A DNA stretch of 64,000 bases from Trichoplax adhaerens (lineage: Eukaryota > Animalia > Placozoa), in the NCBI RefSeq assembly GCF_000150275.1, contig NW_002060943.1, positions 12,533,694 to 12,597,693 of the forward strand, written 5' to 3'. The notes under the pieces were generated by a model that searched no databases, was not told where the DNA came from, and was given only the letters and a program-made list of their open reading frames with translations. The position numbers and the translations under genes were made by a program. This document shows positions 12,088 through 26,208 of this stretch, piece after piece. Position 1 is the first letter of the stretch. Each line of letters begins with the position of its first letter.

Positions 12088-15000
12088 GAACTCTTTTGGC
12101 TTAAATGATTCTAATATAGTGTGATTTACATAACTCATTGTTGTTGTACTAACTGCAAGATATTCTCTTTAAAATGCAGAGTGTGAGAACCTATTGAAAA
12201 ACATACTTTAATTCAAAGAAGATTGTTGCAAAACACATTTTACTGAACAGAATTTGGCTTTTTACGCTTTGGTAGTACTTGTAACGATCAAAATTCAAAC
12301 GATTGCAGACGGTCATATTTAAAAATAAATAAATCATTTGCAGAAAATTATAAAATAGCGATAGCAAAATAAGACTACTGAAAAACGGATGATTGTAAAG
12401 AAATATTTCAGTTTACTCTGCAAGATTGCAGCAAATCTCGTATTGCAAAGTACGGTTCTGCACTGTAGGTGAAAATGACGAAATTTTTAAATGTGCGGAA
12501 TGTTGTTACACAAGTTTGTCAATTTACAATTATCTAAGTTTTAAAAATATCGACATATGTTTACAATGACTGACAGAGTATGTACAGTTGAAGGGGATAA
12601 TGGCCAATAAAAGTACTTACTTATGCACGTTATACTGTGTTGCGCCTTAAAGTGTGTACATTTCGAAAAGATTCTAGTTACTATATCGTAAGTTAGAGAA
12701 GTAGTCTTGCTTACTAAAGGTAAACTTGACTTGCTGTAAGTCACATAATACTAAATAATGATATCTTGCTATCTAAACTTTATTAAAAAAACTACTGACT
12801 AAGTCATTAGCTAATTGATTCATCAGTGTTGGTAAATGATGCAATTAACTAGAGAAAAGATGGTACTCTTTTCAACTTATTGAATAAGCTATTTAGTATA
12901 CAGTTAGATCCAAGCTTGCATCATTGTAGCTTACTGAAAATATACTGTTACTAGTTTTGGATTAAAATTATGCATTATGTATAGGCGATGAAGTGATTTT
13001 ATAAACGCTTTCTTGAAAAGCCGGTAGTAAAGATAAATGAGATGTGACGATCAATTTAGCATATGTATACTGTGTAGTGCCAGGCTTATTAGCCCTACAC
13101 AAAACTACTGCATTTTAGCTGAAATCACTGCAATGTGATAATCCTTTGCGATTTTTCGTTCTATCAGTAAAAAATCTTCGTTAGCGATCAGTTTGGGTAA
13201 TTTTGATAAGGTTCAGCAGTAAATAGTTCTTGTCGATTCTACTGCCTAGATGCAATCTCGTTTCTACTGCAATAAAGTTACTAACTTCATTAAACCCTAT
13301 ATGATATTAATTTGTAATAGCCTCACTGTGTGATAAAGCGTCTAACTTTAAGCAAAGACTTCCGTATCTTGAGAATAAATTACATCTTCCACCAAGGACC
13401 AGATTAGCTACGACTAACTTAACTTCGAAGACGAAATCTCCTGCTTATATGTACATTTAGTTGCAAAGTATCATCAGGATACAGAATTCAACATCTATCT
13501 TAGTTAGCCTAGGATTCGTTACTTGTGTATGTTAAGGTGTTACAAAGCATAGAAAATCAAAGCACAAATTACGCTATTGATAATAATGGCACAATTTACC
13601 ATATCTGTAGGACAATGCTTAATATTTTTGCATCGTTATTATTTGATCCAAAATCTATTTAATGTCTTTCATAATTCAAAGTAAAGAGAATAATTTCCAT
13701 AAAATTTAAAAATAATTTCTAAATAAAAGCTGTATATATAATATTTCTTCTGCAGGAATTTAAGTAATAATAATATTTCTTCTATCGTAAAGAATACCTT
13801 TGCTGGCTTGTCTCATATACTGGCACTGTAAGTTCAATAATGATACAACTACTTATTTGCATTTTAATTAAACGTAAATTAATAGCAACTGTTCATTACT
13901 TTTATTAGTTATCTTAAACAACCTATCAAAACTAAAGTATCTAGAAATGGAAACATTTACTGAAATGAATTCGCTTGTTGGCTTGTAAGGCATACAAATT
14001 TCTCTTTGCTACTCGATAAATATAATATCATAGCCATAATTCCAATTGAATTTTATTCACAATTTGATAATTCACCTATAGACCTTCACCTACTGTACAT
14101 CTTGAGCATTTGAGTTGCTATAAATTCATCCAAAGCTAGCCTTGCAAGGAGAAATATACCAAACCAATGCTTTTAGTTTACGGATATTTGAGGAAACTAC
14201 TAATCCTTCTAATTGCAATTTTATAGCGACTTTTTACACTTATTTGTTTCTACATTAACTAAAATTTGACTGGAAGACGTATTACAAATTGACGAACTCT
14301 TGTACTCCTTCGTAGTAGCCTAAAGTAGTGATATCCCTACTTTACCTATAAGTTGAAGTCGCGAAATTTAAGCTCAGTTACATAATTAAAGTTGAAATAT
14401 TTAAATGTAAAAGTTTAATAATGAATTCATGATAGCTGCATTACAGTGTCTTGTTTATAGAATCATTTCTGCAATAGAATTCTTTACAATCTAGCTACTA
14501 AGTTAAGCAACTACATTATGGAGATGGGAATAGGAATTTTTGTCTATGTTAGAATAATTTGATTAAGCTTAACCTTATTTAGTCAATTTCTAGTATTAAT
14601 ACATAGTATCATGTTTTATTACTACACCGACTATTGTAAGATAGCAATACTAAAATTGATGTTTATATGAAGAAGCTGAGAACAATCTTTTGATAGTTTG
14701 AATAACTGTGATTGAATTGATTTATGAGAGATTGTTGATTAATTTGAGAATGTTCTGTGTGTCGGTGATACCATTTGACTACCTTGTAATAGTCATTGGA
14801 CATCTTTACTGATAAAGACTACTGTCTTCATCAGCTACCTAAATTACTATGTAATCCACTAGAAGGTTTTGATGCTAGTAATGCAACTACTTAGCTAGAC
14901 TACGAAGCGTCAAGTTCTATCTGATATTTGGTTTAGGAATATACCAAGTAGATCGTAAATTGTGTTGCTGTTAATAGCTGATACGCTGAATTTACAGTAA

Positions 15001-15605
15001 CATTACTAGACCGTAAAGGCAATTTCTGTAACAAATCTACAATTAGAATTACAAGCGTAAGGCCTTATTGTAATGAAATGAAAAGTGTAGAGATCAAGCT
15101 ACAAAACTTTAACAAAATTTGATTCTACCTTCGTTGCACTCCGGTCGACTTAACGCTAATACTTTGACACCAAATAAAATTTGGGGAAATAACCGAACAA
15201 CAATATATTTCAAAGCAAAAATGGAGAGAAGTATAAACCGAACAACCTTACAAATACTTAGCTTTAAGTATTATTAAAATAAATGACAGACTTAAAAACT
15301 GTCAACGACCAAACATCCTTTCAAAAAGAAGAACGTTTTAACTTACGACAATTCGACCCCGAAGGCCTTTTAAATTAAACACGTTCTTCAAATAAAATCT
15401 TCTTCTACTCTCCCTCTAAATTTTCTAATTGCACTATCATTTATAGGCTTCGTAGAGCCGCCTGAGGTATTTAAAACTAAACATTTGCTAACCAATCGCT
15501 CTTAAGATCCGTTTTAGAAAACTACTTTGCACCATTTAAGAAAACAAAAATCATTNNNNNNNNNNNNNNNNNNNNNNNNNNNNNNNNNNNNNNNNNNNNN
15601 NNNNN

Positions 15606-15921
15606 TTTTCATCTTTCACAGTAGTATACCCTATTAGTATCTTTGCGGAGATATAGATGCTGATAATCGTCGCTAAAAAACTGATTTGGGTTATAACGCA
15701 AAGTTTAATATAAAATCAGAGTCTTGTCGTGTTACGCTTGAGATACGCTATCGTATCTACAGTAAATTAAAAATAGTCCATGAAAATTCATTTATCACAA
15801 ATTGTGTAAATAATGAGAAGAAAATCTTGATAAACACTTTCTGTTTATAGCATAAAAGCTTACCATCTTCTTTTACAGCATTGGCTTTCCTTTTTAAATT
15901 TTTACATGTAGAAACAACTTT
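15606..15921. repeat. Partial duplicate of 10339-10655 (intron plus 3' part of DD exon), next to an N gap
   Basis: Direct alignment by eye with only a handful of substitutions; similarity ends abruptly inside the DD exon. Confidence 0.9.
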
Positions 15922-16595
15922 ACACATATTATCTTTTTGTTATTATTTTTCGCGGGGGTCCAGGTCTTCTCTATCTGTTAAATGATCATAAAATTTTAAT
16001 TCTGAGACTACATTACAGTACTTTATCGTCATGTTATAAATCCCCTTTCTCTAAGGATAGGGTTTTGCTACTAAGTCAAATTTCTTTACAATTTGAATAG
16101 ACGATCAAATGCCCTTTCTTTAGATTAGGCATTTGCTCTATAGGGCTACTGCTATAGTAATCTATATAATACCTTGTAAAATAATGAAGAAGAAAAGATG
16201 GCGACATGATGATTTGGCAAGGTAAAACTTAAAGACACTATCACTTTCTAGGTATTTTGTATAGTAAAATAATACTAATTACATACTAAAAACTACAAAG
16301 GATTCTACTTTTAGTCCTTTTACTACATTATACTATTCTTATTGTCTTTTATTTACCATATAGTAACTAAATTATGTGCTATACAATTTGTTATAGTTTT
16401 TTTATAGTTACAACGGCTCCTACTTAAAAGTATTCGATCTCAATCACTTGACATGAATATTAAATTTATTAAATTTTGCAAACTACCTTAAATAGCCCTT
16501 TGTACCGTTATAGAATAAGAAATTATAATTCTGGTTAGAACTTAGAAGTAAAGAGAAGATATTTTCGACGTGATTATATTGATTTCATAAACTAG

Positions 16596-19500
16596 ATCTT
16601 TGCAATATTGTGGCCTCAATGCTTCCTTTGTAAATCAACTGATCCATTATTTGCCAGGCATATATGATTTGTGAGTGAAAAGAAAATAATAACGAATTTT
16701 TGCCAATAAGAGTTTGTAGAAACGCTAATTTTATGATATAGAACAATAATGAAGTAAACATTTAGAGTTATTTGAAGCACTCGTGTCAGTTACTGCATTA
16801 GAATTAGTAGACAATGTCAATGTAGAAATTAAATTGGTGATGAGTATTCTTATATTAAAGTTACTTTATTACAGCTTACTTGCAATAAAACACTAATCCG
16901 ACAAGTCTAGATTAAGCAAATTCTGGCATTGTAGATTTATTTTTCAGCATACTAATGAAAACTACAACAGGTGTAGATTACAACTACTTTATCACTAATG
17001 TTAGTCTTGTCATTCAAGACCAGTTAAACAACAAACAATTTTACTATCATATATTAGAACAGTATCGAGAACAGAGAACCAAATATCAACTACTAAACTT
17101 ATGCTGTAATTTATATGCGGACTTTATAAACTCCCACTTAGCCAGCGACAGTGCACACGAAATCATAAATAATACAAAATTAGATTAATGTAATTTAGCA
17201 TCCCTACTGACTATACCGTAGCAGATAGCATAAATTACTTTTATGTATATCAAAACTTATGATTAACCAACTAATTATCCGTAGCTCAGTACTTTACGAT
17301 AGGAAAGTATACAGTAAGCATAAGATAAGTATGCATTACCAGATATTGTCTGCATAGTTGCAAGAGTTGCAAGATGAACAGCAGCTTTAGTAAATAAAAC
17401 TACAATAAATTATAGCATTGATTACGGCGTTAGAGTACCTGACTCTGTAACATACCTTTCCTAGTTTTAACTTACATTTTCTAGCTTACAACAACATAAA
17501 TACATGAAACTGGTTTTTGAGAAGTAAATCGTCTTTTTCAGATCACTTGATGGTAATAACTTAATTGGTCTTAGAAAAGACTTTGTTGAAAAATTGTACT
17601 GTTTAGATGACGTGTACGTACGAGTATAAGTTTTATTTTAAGAAACAGATCAAAAGATTGTTATTTTCTAAAGTCGGAAATAATTAACGAATGTATGATC
17701 TTATCAATTAAGTTTTTCCATACTTTGGTAATCATTAATTAGGACATTAGGTTACACTCGCCTTTCTAGTAATGATATTTTTGAAATTTTATCAAAAAAG
17801 TCTGAATATACAAAGCTGTAAGTTGTTGTCGATATTTTCATATAACTTGGTAAAACATATCGTAGAATATCTTCTTTAAAGATTTGATACTACTCGTATT
17901 CTCTTAGCGCATAGAAGGGGCTATGAGAGCTATATGGAACTATAGCTAGTTTACAGTCGATATTATTACTACGAGTAGACATATGAAATGTTTGATATAT
18001 AATTATAATTTGAAAATTTTGAGTTTATTTGACGTTTTACAGTAAACTACATTATCCCATAGACATAAGTTACTCTTAGATACAATTTTTATAAATAGAT
18101 AACTACTCTTAATTTAATAGCGGAATTAATGCCTGCTTTTGTATCATCGTTTTAGCGAACTACATGGTCTTCAACTGCGTTCGTTCCCTCCAAAATCGCT
18201 ACCTTACATACTGTTACAGTGTTATATACTGTATTACAGTAGAAATATCTATATTAGGATAATTCTATTAGACTATCCTTATTTAGTTAACTTCTAATTT
18301 GGATATACTGTGTTTTAATATAGCACTGACTTTTTATGACAGTGACACTTATACACATACTGAAATTAATAGTTATAATAGGGAATGCAAATCATCTGCT
18401 TACAGTTCCAATCATTGTGATTGTAATTTACTTATGGTAGACTGTAAATTATCATGGAAATGTTCCGTGATAGGACATATCGTAATCTGACTATTCTGTA
18501 TTAGTCATTACATGTCTATGTTCGTAAATACTGTTGTCTGCATTAAGGGAGCAGTAGCTAAAATTAATATCTAATTCAGTAAATGATTCTAATGTTAATT
18601 GTATTAACTATGACTCATGAACTATTGAGGAGTAGTATATCAATGCAATATATCGTGAAATAATGAGAATTTCTCCAACTTAGCGTTTAACGTAAAATAC
18701 GAGGCGTTTAAGTCTTTGTGTAGTCTGCTAGTAGAGCAAAAGTGTTTGTGATAGTGCAGATATCGTTCCTTGATACGTGGTTCAAGAAATTGACTTATTG
18801 ATCGTATATTGCGTTATCTTGTTGCAAAGCTGTTTTGTGACACATACGCTCCGTAATAACTCTGTATGTGTACTTAAATTAGTGCATAATCTCCGTTCAC
18901 TACAATTTATGGTAGACGTCGAAAGTCTAACGCGACGGGAATAGTCAATTTTAGAAGTTTCATGAAACATAATTTTATCTGCCAGGATTGTAAGGAAATA
19001 ATTTCTTCCTAATCAATTATTAGGAGTTTAAAAGACAATCTCATCCAGTCTCTGGATGAAAGATTTATCAAGCTTCTAAATCTGGTATCGCATCTGTATG
19101 TTACTACTGTTTTTACATTATTAAATTACCGTCATCCATTCACTAAGACAGGCAGTGCATGCTAAAATTTAATAAATTACATTTAAACTGTACTAGCCCG
19201 CTCATCTAATATTCTGTTATTATAAGTTCAATTTTTAAAATAGCCTTACAGACATTTAAATTTTACTTTTTATCTTAAATTTACAATAAATGTCTTGTAG
19301 GTTTACATGTCATTAATATATACTAGTAAGTTATTAAATCATTTAATAGCGGTACATGTTTCAAAAATTTGATAAATTTCAAATAGCATCGATTCTATCT
19401 AACATAGTAGTGTTGTAACCTTGTTTAGGTTACATTCTTCTACTTAATATTGTATATTAATGGCATCCCACAGCATTTTTGAGTACTATAAATTAGAAAG

Positions 19501-20180
19501 GTATCGACTACATGTGATGTCGAATCAAGCACTACAAATGTAAAGCGTAAAAATTATAGTTCATGAAAACGAGTACAGTGTATAGAGTACAAATTCTAGG
19601 TGAATAAATCTACTGTTAACGGTATTAAGAACATATACAGAATGACATAAAGTACAGTAGAGTTCTGCAAAATTCCAAACTTCTTACTCCTACTTAAATT
19701 TGTAATCTTTAATCAATACTCTATATTGCTATTTTGCAGTATTATGGACTTAAGCTTTCGTGTTACTGTACGTAAGTCTAGTCTACCTTTAGCCCGTTGG
19801 GGCATACTTGGCTGTTGTAGCCTTAGTATTCGTACAGATTCAAAGACCCAGGTTTCCTTGTCGTGGGCTGACCACGACATAACTTAAATCACAAATTACC
19901 CAATGAATAAATATTGATGAAAGTTGAAAACTTTGAAACTTCATAAATGGATACTAATGAGAAATTTGGATGGTATATTATAACTTCGTAGTATTCGACT
20001 CCCATAACCTCTAAATTTAATAAGTTTGACACAATTTATAAGATTTATGGTCTTTTACATTTTTGCCCATGGAGCTTGAAATTCTTTATCATGAATTTTA
20101 CGCATATTAGAATTGGATAAGAATTCAGCCAAATAGCAATGAGATTAAATTATCGTAATTTAGTATCTCGAAACAGGTGC
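16596..20180 (+). pseudogene. Decayed LRR-receptor (LGR/TLR-ectodomain-like) exons
   Basis: Phase-2 LRR exons bounded by AG/GT: 16596-16670 SLQYCGLNASFVNQLIHYLPGIYDL, 17542-17613 SLDGNNLIGLRKDFVEKLYCLDDV, 19024-19095 SLKDNLIQSLDERFIKLLNLVSHL. LRRNT-like CDCNLLMVDC at ~18415; stop-riddled FAHGA*NSLS*ILRILELDKN at ~20060-20125. Confidence 0.6.
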
Positions 20181-21701
20181 AGACTTTTTGGTAACAGATT
20201 ATTTAATATACAATGCCTAGTTATCTTAAAAACATGAATTTAACTTTTGAGAGTAAAGTCTGCTTTAGATTTAAATGCAATCCTTTATGTAATAAACTAC
20301 TTAATATATTCAATTCTTTAAGTTAATCAGTTGTAACTATGTATCTGGATATTAAACGCCTGGGTTAAGAAATTATAATTAATAGACACTTCTATTAAGC
20401 TATCATAAATCAACGTAATACCAAGTTGTACCTATAATTCTAAGGTTGTAACTGCAAGCTAATGTCAAAATAGTTCAGATTGTGTACACTTTGAGTGCTG
20501 CATGTTATGATATCATTCTTATACCTTCTATTTTGAATTCTTTTTATATTCATATCAAAAAATAAAATTGTTATGTTTTTGGTAATTTTATTGACTGTAT
20601 ATTGAAAGCATATTAAACCTTTAAATCGTTGCTTATGGTGATTATATTACACACGCTGCTTGCTTTAACAACTTTTCCCCCAATTTTTGTACTGCAATAA
20701 CTGAATTTTTTTCAAGTAACTGACAAAATGTAGNNNNNNNNNNNNNNNNNNNNNNNNNNNNNNNNNNNNNNNNNNNNNNNNNNNNNNNNNNNNNNNNNNN
20801 NNNNNNNNNNNNNNNNNNNNNNNNNNNNNNNNNNNNNNNNNNNNNNNNNNNNNNNNNNNNNNNNNNNNNNNNNNNNNNNNNNNNNNNNNNNNNNNNNNNN
20901 NNNNNNNNNNNNNNNNNNNNNNNNNNNNNNNNNNNNNNNNNNNNNNNNNNNNNNNNNNNNNNNNNNNNNNNNNNNNNNNNNNNNNNNNNNNNNNNNNNNN
21001 NNNNNNNNNNNNNNNNNNNNNNNNNNNNNNNNNNNNNNNNNNNNNNNNNNNNNNNNNNNNNNNNNNNNNNNNNNNNNNNNNNNNNNNNNNNNNNNNNNNN
21101 NNNNNNNNNNNNNNNNNNNNNNNNNNNNNNNNNNNNNNNNNNNNNNNNNNNNNNNNNNNNNNNNNNNNNNNNNNNNNNNNNNNNNNNNNNNNNNNNNNNN
21201 NNNNNNNNNNNNNNNNNNNNNNNNNNNNNNNNNNNNNNNNNNNNNNNNNNNNNNNNNNNNNNNNNNNNNNNNNNNNNNNNNNNNNNNNNNNNNNNNNNNN
21301 NNNNNNNNNNNNNNNNNNNNNNNNNNNNNNNNNNNNNNNNNNNNNNNNNNNNNNNNNNNNNNNNNNNNNNNNNNNNNNNNNNNNNNNNNNNNNNNNNNNN
21401 NNNNNNNNNNNNNNNNNNNNNNNNNNNNNNNNNNNNNNNNNNNNNNNNNNNNNNNNNNNNNNNNNNNNNNNNNNNNNNNNNNNNNNNNNNNNNNNNNNNN
21501 NNNNNNNNNNNNNNNNNNNNNNNNNNNNNNNNNNNNNNNNNNNNNNNNNNNNNNNNNNNNNNNNNNNNNNNNNAAAATCGTTCAGATTGATTATAATTTT
21601 AGTTTCGCAAAGTATTAAAACAGTTTCTATTTACTGTTTCATTTGTAAAAAGTTATATAGAAACATTCTGCAACGTAATTTCTTCATTGATATTAGTATA
21701 C

Positions 21702-22661
21702 CTTCATTAAGGTTAAAGATTTTAGCGTTTGATCATTTTGATTACTACGAGGCTTGATAGTAATTCTAGCTGCACTAGTTAAAGGATCGTTTGGATTTAA
21801 AACTTTACAGTCGTAATCAAGATGATAGCAGACCCTTTCATTCCAATTCACGGTAAGCGTTCGAATCATCAATTCTTTATCCTCACACAGAAGGCGCCCA
21901 TTCTTGAATTCGATTTTATAGGAGCCATTTTCTAATATAACATCTTCTAATCCACAAGGCGAAAGGGCAATTCGCCGGTAGGGCTCAGGAATATTTTGCA
22001 TTATGTTATCGTCATCTACATTTTTACTCAATATTACAATCTTCAGATGAGTGGTTTTTAAATAGGAATCAATCGGCGATAAGTAAGCCACAGCTTTGAT
22101 TTCCTGCTGATATGAGGGAAATATATGCTTGAATAAAACTGATACTGCTGATTTAATATAGATTAAATAATCCGAAAAATGTTGAATAGGGACATTAATA
22201 CAATATGTATTCTCAATTTCTTGTATAGATATGGATTGGTAATCTAATTTCTGAATGTTCCAAACTTTATCTTCTTGACTTCGATGGCCTAATTTTAAAG
22301 GTAGGTCTTTAATGTTATCCACTTTGAAATACTGACACAATTCGCTAGCGGAAGGAATTGGTAACCGTAACATTACTTCAAATGATTCTTGGTAGCCAAA
22401 ATGGTATCCATCGGGCTCTAGTCGAATAATGGGTGATAAATAAATTAGATGTTCACCATCATCGACGGGTAGGCCAAAAATGTACGGGGCATCCGTGTAG
22501 AAGGTTGTTAATGTTATGGATAAATTATCCTTTAAAGCCTTTTTAGGAACGAATAGACGTAGCTGAGGTATTTCTGGTAAGGTTATGGTATGATTATCAG
22601 ATATTGTACAAAGTTCAGTTATTTGAGGATAGCCATTTAATGCTATAAAATAGGTTGACAT
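21702..22661 (-). CDS. ZU5-UPA exon (PIDD/UNC5CL-like, HFS motif), copy A
   Basis: ZU5 motifs LRLFVPKKAL, LSPIIRLEPDGYHF, VMLRLPIP, W..., VPIQHFSDYLI, followed by a ~150-aa UPA-like region. Donor AAG|GTATAC at 21701. The true exon start is upstream of the ORF Met and uncertain; small acidic upstream exons lie at ~22864-22932, ~23487-23576 and ~23661-23705. Confidence 0.8.
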
Positions 22662-24524
22662 TGTGTTAGAGAATATGCAAGGAAAAATGCTGCAAGTATG
22701 AATACGTTTCCATCTGCAGTATTTTGCGATGATATTACCAGTAAAGATTATTCCGCTTACAATCTATCACATTATAATCTCAATAATTGTAAATCTTATA
22801 CAATATTTCTATGATATCTTGATCCTAGAATGATAATTGTCAAAGTTATACTAATGATTTTACCCGGTATAAATCCTGGAAATATATTTAAGTGACTTTC
22901 GTTCTGGTAGTCAATATCAGTTATAGCATTTTCTAGAAAAATAACAATATTTATTAATGAATTTTAAGCTAAATCGAATTTTATTTAGTATTTATTAACT
23001 CTTCAATATTCCTATCTCAACTTTACAGTATGCTACCGCTTAATATAGTAGAGTTAAATGTCAAGGATTATGTTTAGTAGATGATTATTCATCAAACGTC
23101 TTACAACTTAACTGAAGAAAACTAAAATAAGCATTTATTTCTCTAAGTAATCTAGCTATCCCGATATTATAGTCAGCTCAAATTTATGGATTTGGCTTAA
23201 AACAGACTTTGAAGTAGCTATACATGTATCTTATTGCTGTATAATAATAGTAGAATTCTAATAATTCTATTCTATGCAAATATTTGCAAGCAGACATGAT
23301 TGTCCTATGTGGAACGCAGCGGCGGTGAAATTAAAATATTTCTTGTTATACAGGAGTTCTTTTACTTTGTGTGTACATTATTGTCAAGAATAGAATCCTT
23401 ATCGTAATTTTTAATCTTTTCAGAAAGAAAAGCATGACAAAAACAATAATGTGCATTGCATTGGAAACAGTTTACTAGAAACCAACCTGGAAGTTCTTTC
23501 GCAGCTTTTTCATTTTCAGCTTCTGCCCTTACGTGGCCAGCAATAGTATTACTGCTCTGTTCGCTACGTTCTATATCTACCAATGCAAGGTTACATCAAT
23601 TCTTCAATGTGAATTTATTTCCTATTTATTACAATGCTGTTATTCTTTATTCCTTTTACCTTCAACATCGCTTTGTATCAACTGTTGCTCTTCAGATATG
23701 TTACCTAGAAATTAAGTATGTGCAAGAACATTTACCATCATATTCAAACAAAACAAAAGGAAGATCCTGCGTGTACGTAGGATTTCAATCATATCATGCT
23801 ACTTTAAAAAATTTACAGTGGCACTACATTAACGTCAGGCAGATTACATAGAAGTATTCTTTACACGCTACCCGTAACTTATGTCAATTTTGTGCAACAT
23901 TCTTAACTAAAACGAAACGTTTATTCTATTTTTGATAATTTTTGATAATTTTGATAAGGTTCAGCAGTAAATAGTTNNNNNNNNNNNNNNNNNNNNNNNN
24001 NNNNNNNNNNNNNNNNNNNNNNNNNNCGTAAACGTTAAAAGTATGTACTCTTTTGGCTTGAATGATTCTAATATAGTGCGATTTACTTAACTCAATGTTT
24101 CTGTACTAACTGCAAGCTATTCTCTTTAAAAATACAGAGTGTGAGAACTTATTGAAAAATATACTTTAATTCAAAGAAGACTGTTACAAAACACATTTTA
24201 CTGAGCAGAATTTGGCATTTTACGCTTTGGTAGTACTTGTAACGATCAAAATTCAAGTGATTGCAGAAGGTCATGTTTAAAAATAAACAAATCATTTGCA
24301 GAAAATTGTAAAATAGCGATAGCAAGATAAGACAACTGAAAACGGATGATTATAAAGGAATATTTTAGTTTAGAGAATAATCGTTATTTGTTCAAAAATG
24401 ACATAAAATGTAGCTGTGTTCTGTAAAACGAAATTAATAATCTTTTAAAATTGAAAAGATACCGGTATTTGTTTGACTAGCATCAATATTCTCAAGCGTT
24501 AATCATATATTATCCATTTCTTAC

Positions 24525-25659
24525 TTGTAAGCTTGGAATTCGTGTCCATACCATCAGCTAAAGATGGCTAGAAAATCGTTCAGATTGATTATAATTTTAG
24601 TTTCGCAAAGTATTAAAACAATTTCTATTTACTGTTTCATTTGTAAAAAGTTATATAGAAACATTCTGCAACGTAATTTCTTCATTGATATTAGTATACC
24701 TTCATTAAGGTTAAAGATTTTAGCGTTTGATCATTTTGATTACTACGAGGCTTGATAGTAATTCTAGCTGCACTAGTTAAAGGATCGTTTGGATTTAAAA
24801 CTTTACAGTCGTAATCAAGATGATAGCAGACCCTTTCATTCCAATTCACGGTAAGCGTTCGAATCATCAATTCTTTATCCTCACACAGAAGGCGCCCATT
24901 CTTGAATTCGATTTTATAGGAGCCATTTTCTAATATAACATCTTCTAATCCACAAGGCGAAAGGGCAATTCGCCGGTAGGGCTCAGGAATATTTTGCATT
25001 ATGTTATCGTCATCTACATTTTTACTCAATATTACAATCTTCAGATGAGTGGTTTTTAAATAGGAATCAATCGGCGATAAGTAAGCCACAGCTTTGATTT
25101 CCTGCTGATATGAGGGAAATATATGCTTGAATAAAACTGATACTGCTGATTTAATATAGATTAAATAATCCGAAAAATGTTGAATAGGGACATTAATACA
25201 ATATGTATTCTCAATTTCTTGTATAGATATGGATTGGTAATCTAATTTCTGAATGTTCCAAACTTTATCTTCTTGACTTCGATGGCCTAATTTTAAAGGT
25301 AGGTCTTTAATGTTATCCACTTTGAAATACTGACACAATTCGCTAGCGGAAGGAATTGGTAACCGTAACATTACTTCAAATGATTCTTGGTAGCCAAAAT
25401 GGTATCCATCGGGCTCTAGTCGAATAATGGGTGATAAATAAATTAGATGTTCACCATCATCGACGGGTAGGCCAAAAATGTACGGGGCATCCGTGTAGAA
25501 GGTTGTTAATGTTATGGATAAATTATCCTTTAAAGCCTTTTTAGGAACGAATAGACGTAGCTGAGGTATTTCTGGTAAGGTTATGGTATGATTATCAGAT
25601 ATTGTACAAAGTTCAGTTATTTGAGGATAGCCATTTAATGCTATAAAATAGGTTGACAT
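24525..25659 (-). CDS. ZU5-UPA exon copy B (24700-25659) plus next small exon (24525-24567)
   Basis: Protein identical to copy A. The 43-bp exon PSLADGMDTNSKLT (phase 0 to 1) is phase-compatible with the 11154-11270 exon. Confidence 0.8.
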
Positions 25660-26208
25660 TGTGTTAGAGAATATGCAAGGAAAAATGCTGCAAGTATGAA
25701 TACGTTTCCATCTGCAGTATTTTGCGATGATATTACCAGTAAAGATTATTCCGCTTACAATCTATCACATTATAATCTCAATAATTGTAAATCTTATACA
25801 ATATTTCTATGATATCTTGATCCTAGAATGATAATTGTCAAAGTTATACTAATGATTTTACCCGGTATAAATCCTGGAAATATATTTAAGTGACTTTCGT
25901 TCTGGTAGTCAATATCAGTTATAGCATTTTCTAGAAAAATAACAATATTTATTAATGAATTTTAAGCTAAATCGAATTTTATTTAGTATTTATTAACTCT
26001 TCAATATTCCTATCTCAACTTTACAGTATGCTACCGCTTAATATAGTAGAGTTAAATGTCAAGGATTATGTTTAGTAGATGATTATTCATCAAACGTCTT
26101 ACAACTTAACTGAAGAAAACTAAAATAAGCATTTATTTCTCTAAGTAATCTAGCTATCCCGATATTATAGTCAGCTCAAATTTATGGATTTGGCTTAAAA
26201 CAGACTTT
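24572..26208. repeat. Near-identical duplicate of 21574-23210 (offset 2998 bp)
   Basis: Only one substitution noticed over ~1.64 kb; the copies diverge sharply after AACAGACTTT. Confidence 0.95.

Noticed and set aside
20734-21573. N runs (also 15556-15605 and 23977-24026)
   Set aside because: Assembly gaps rather than biology; they limit confidence in order and copy number of the ZU5 locus.
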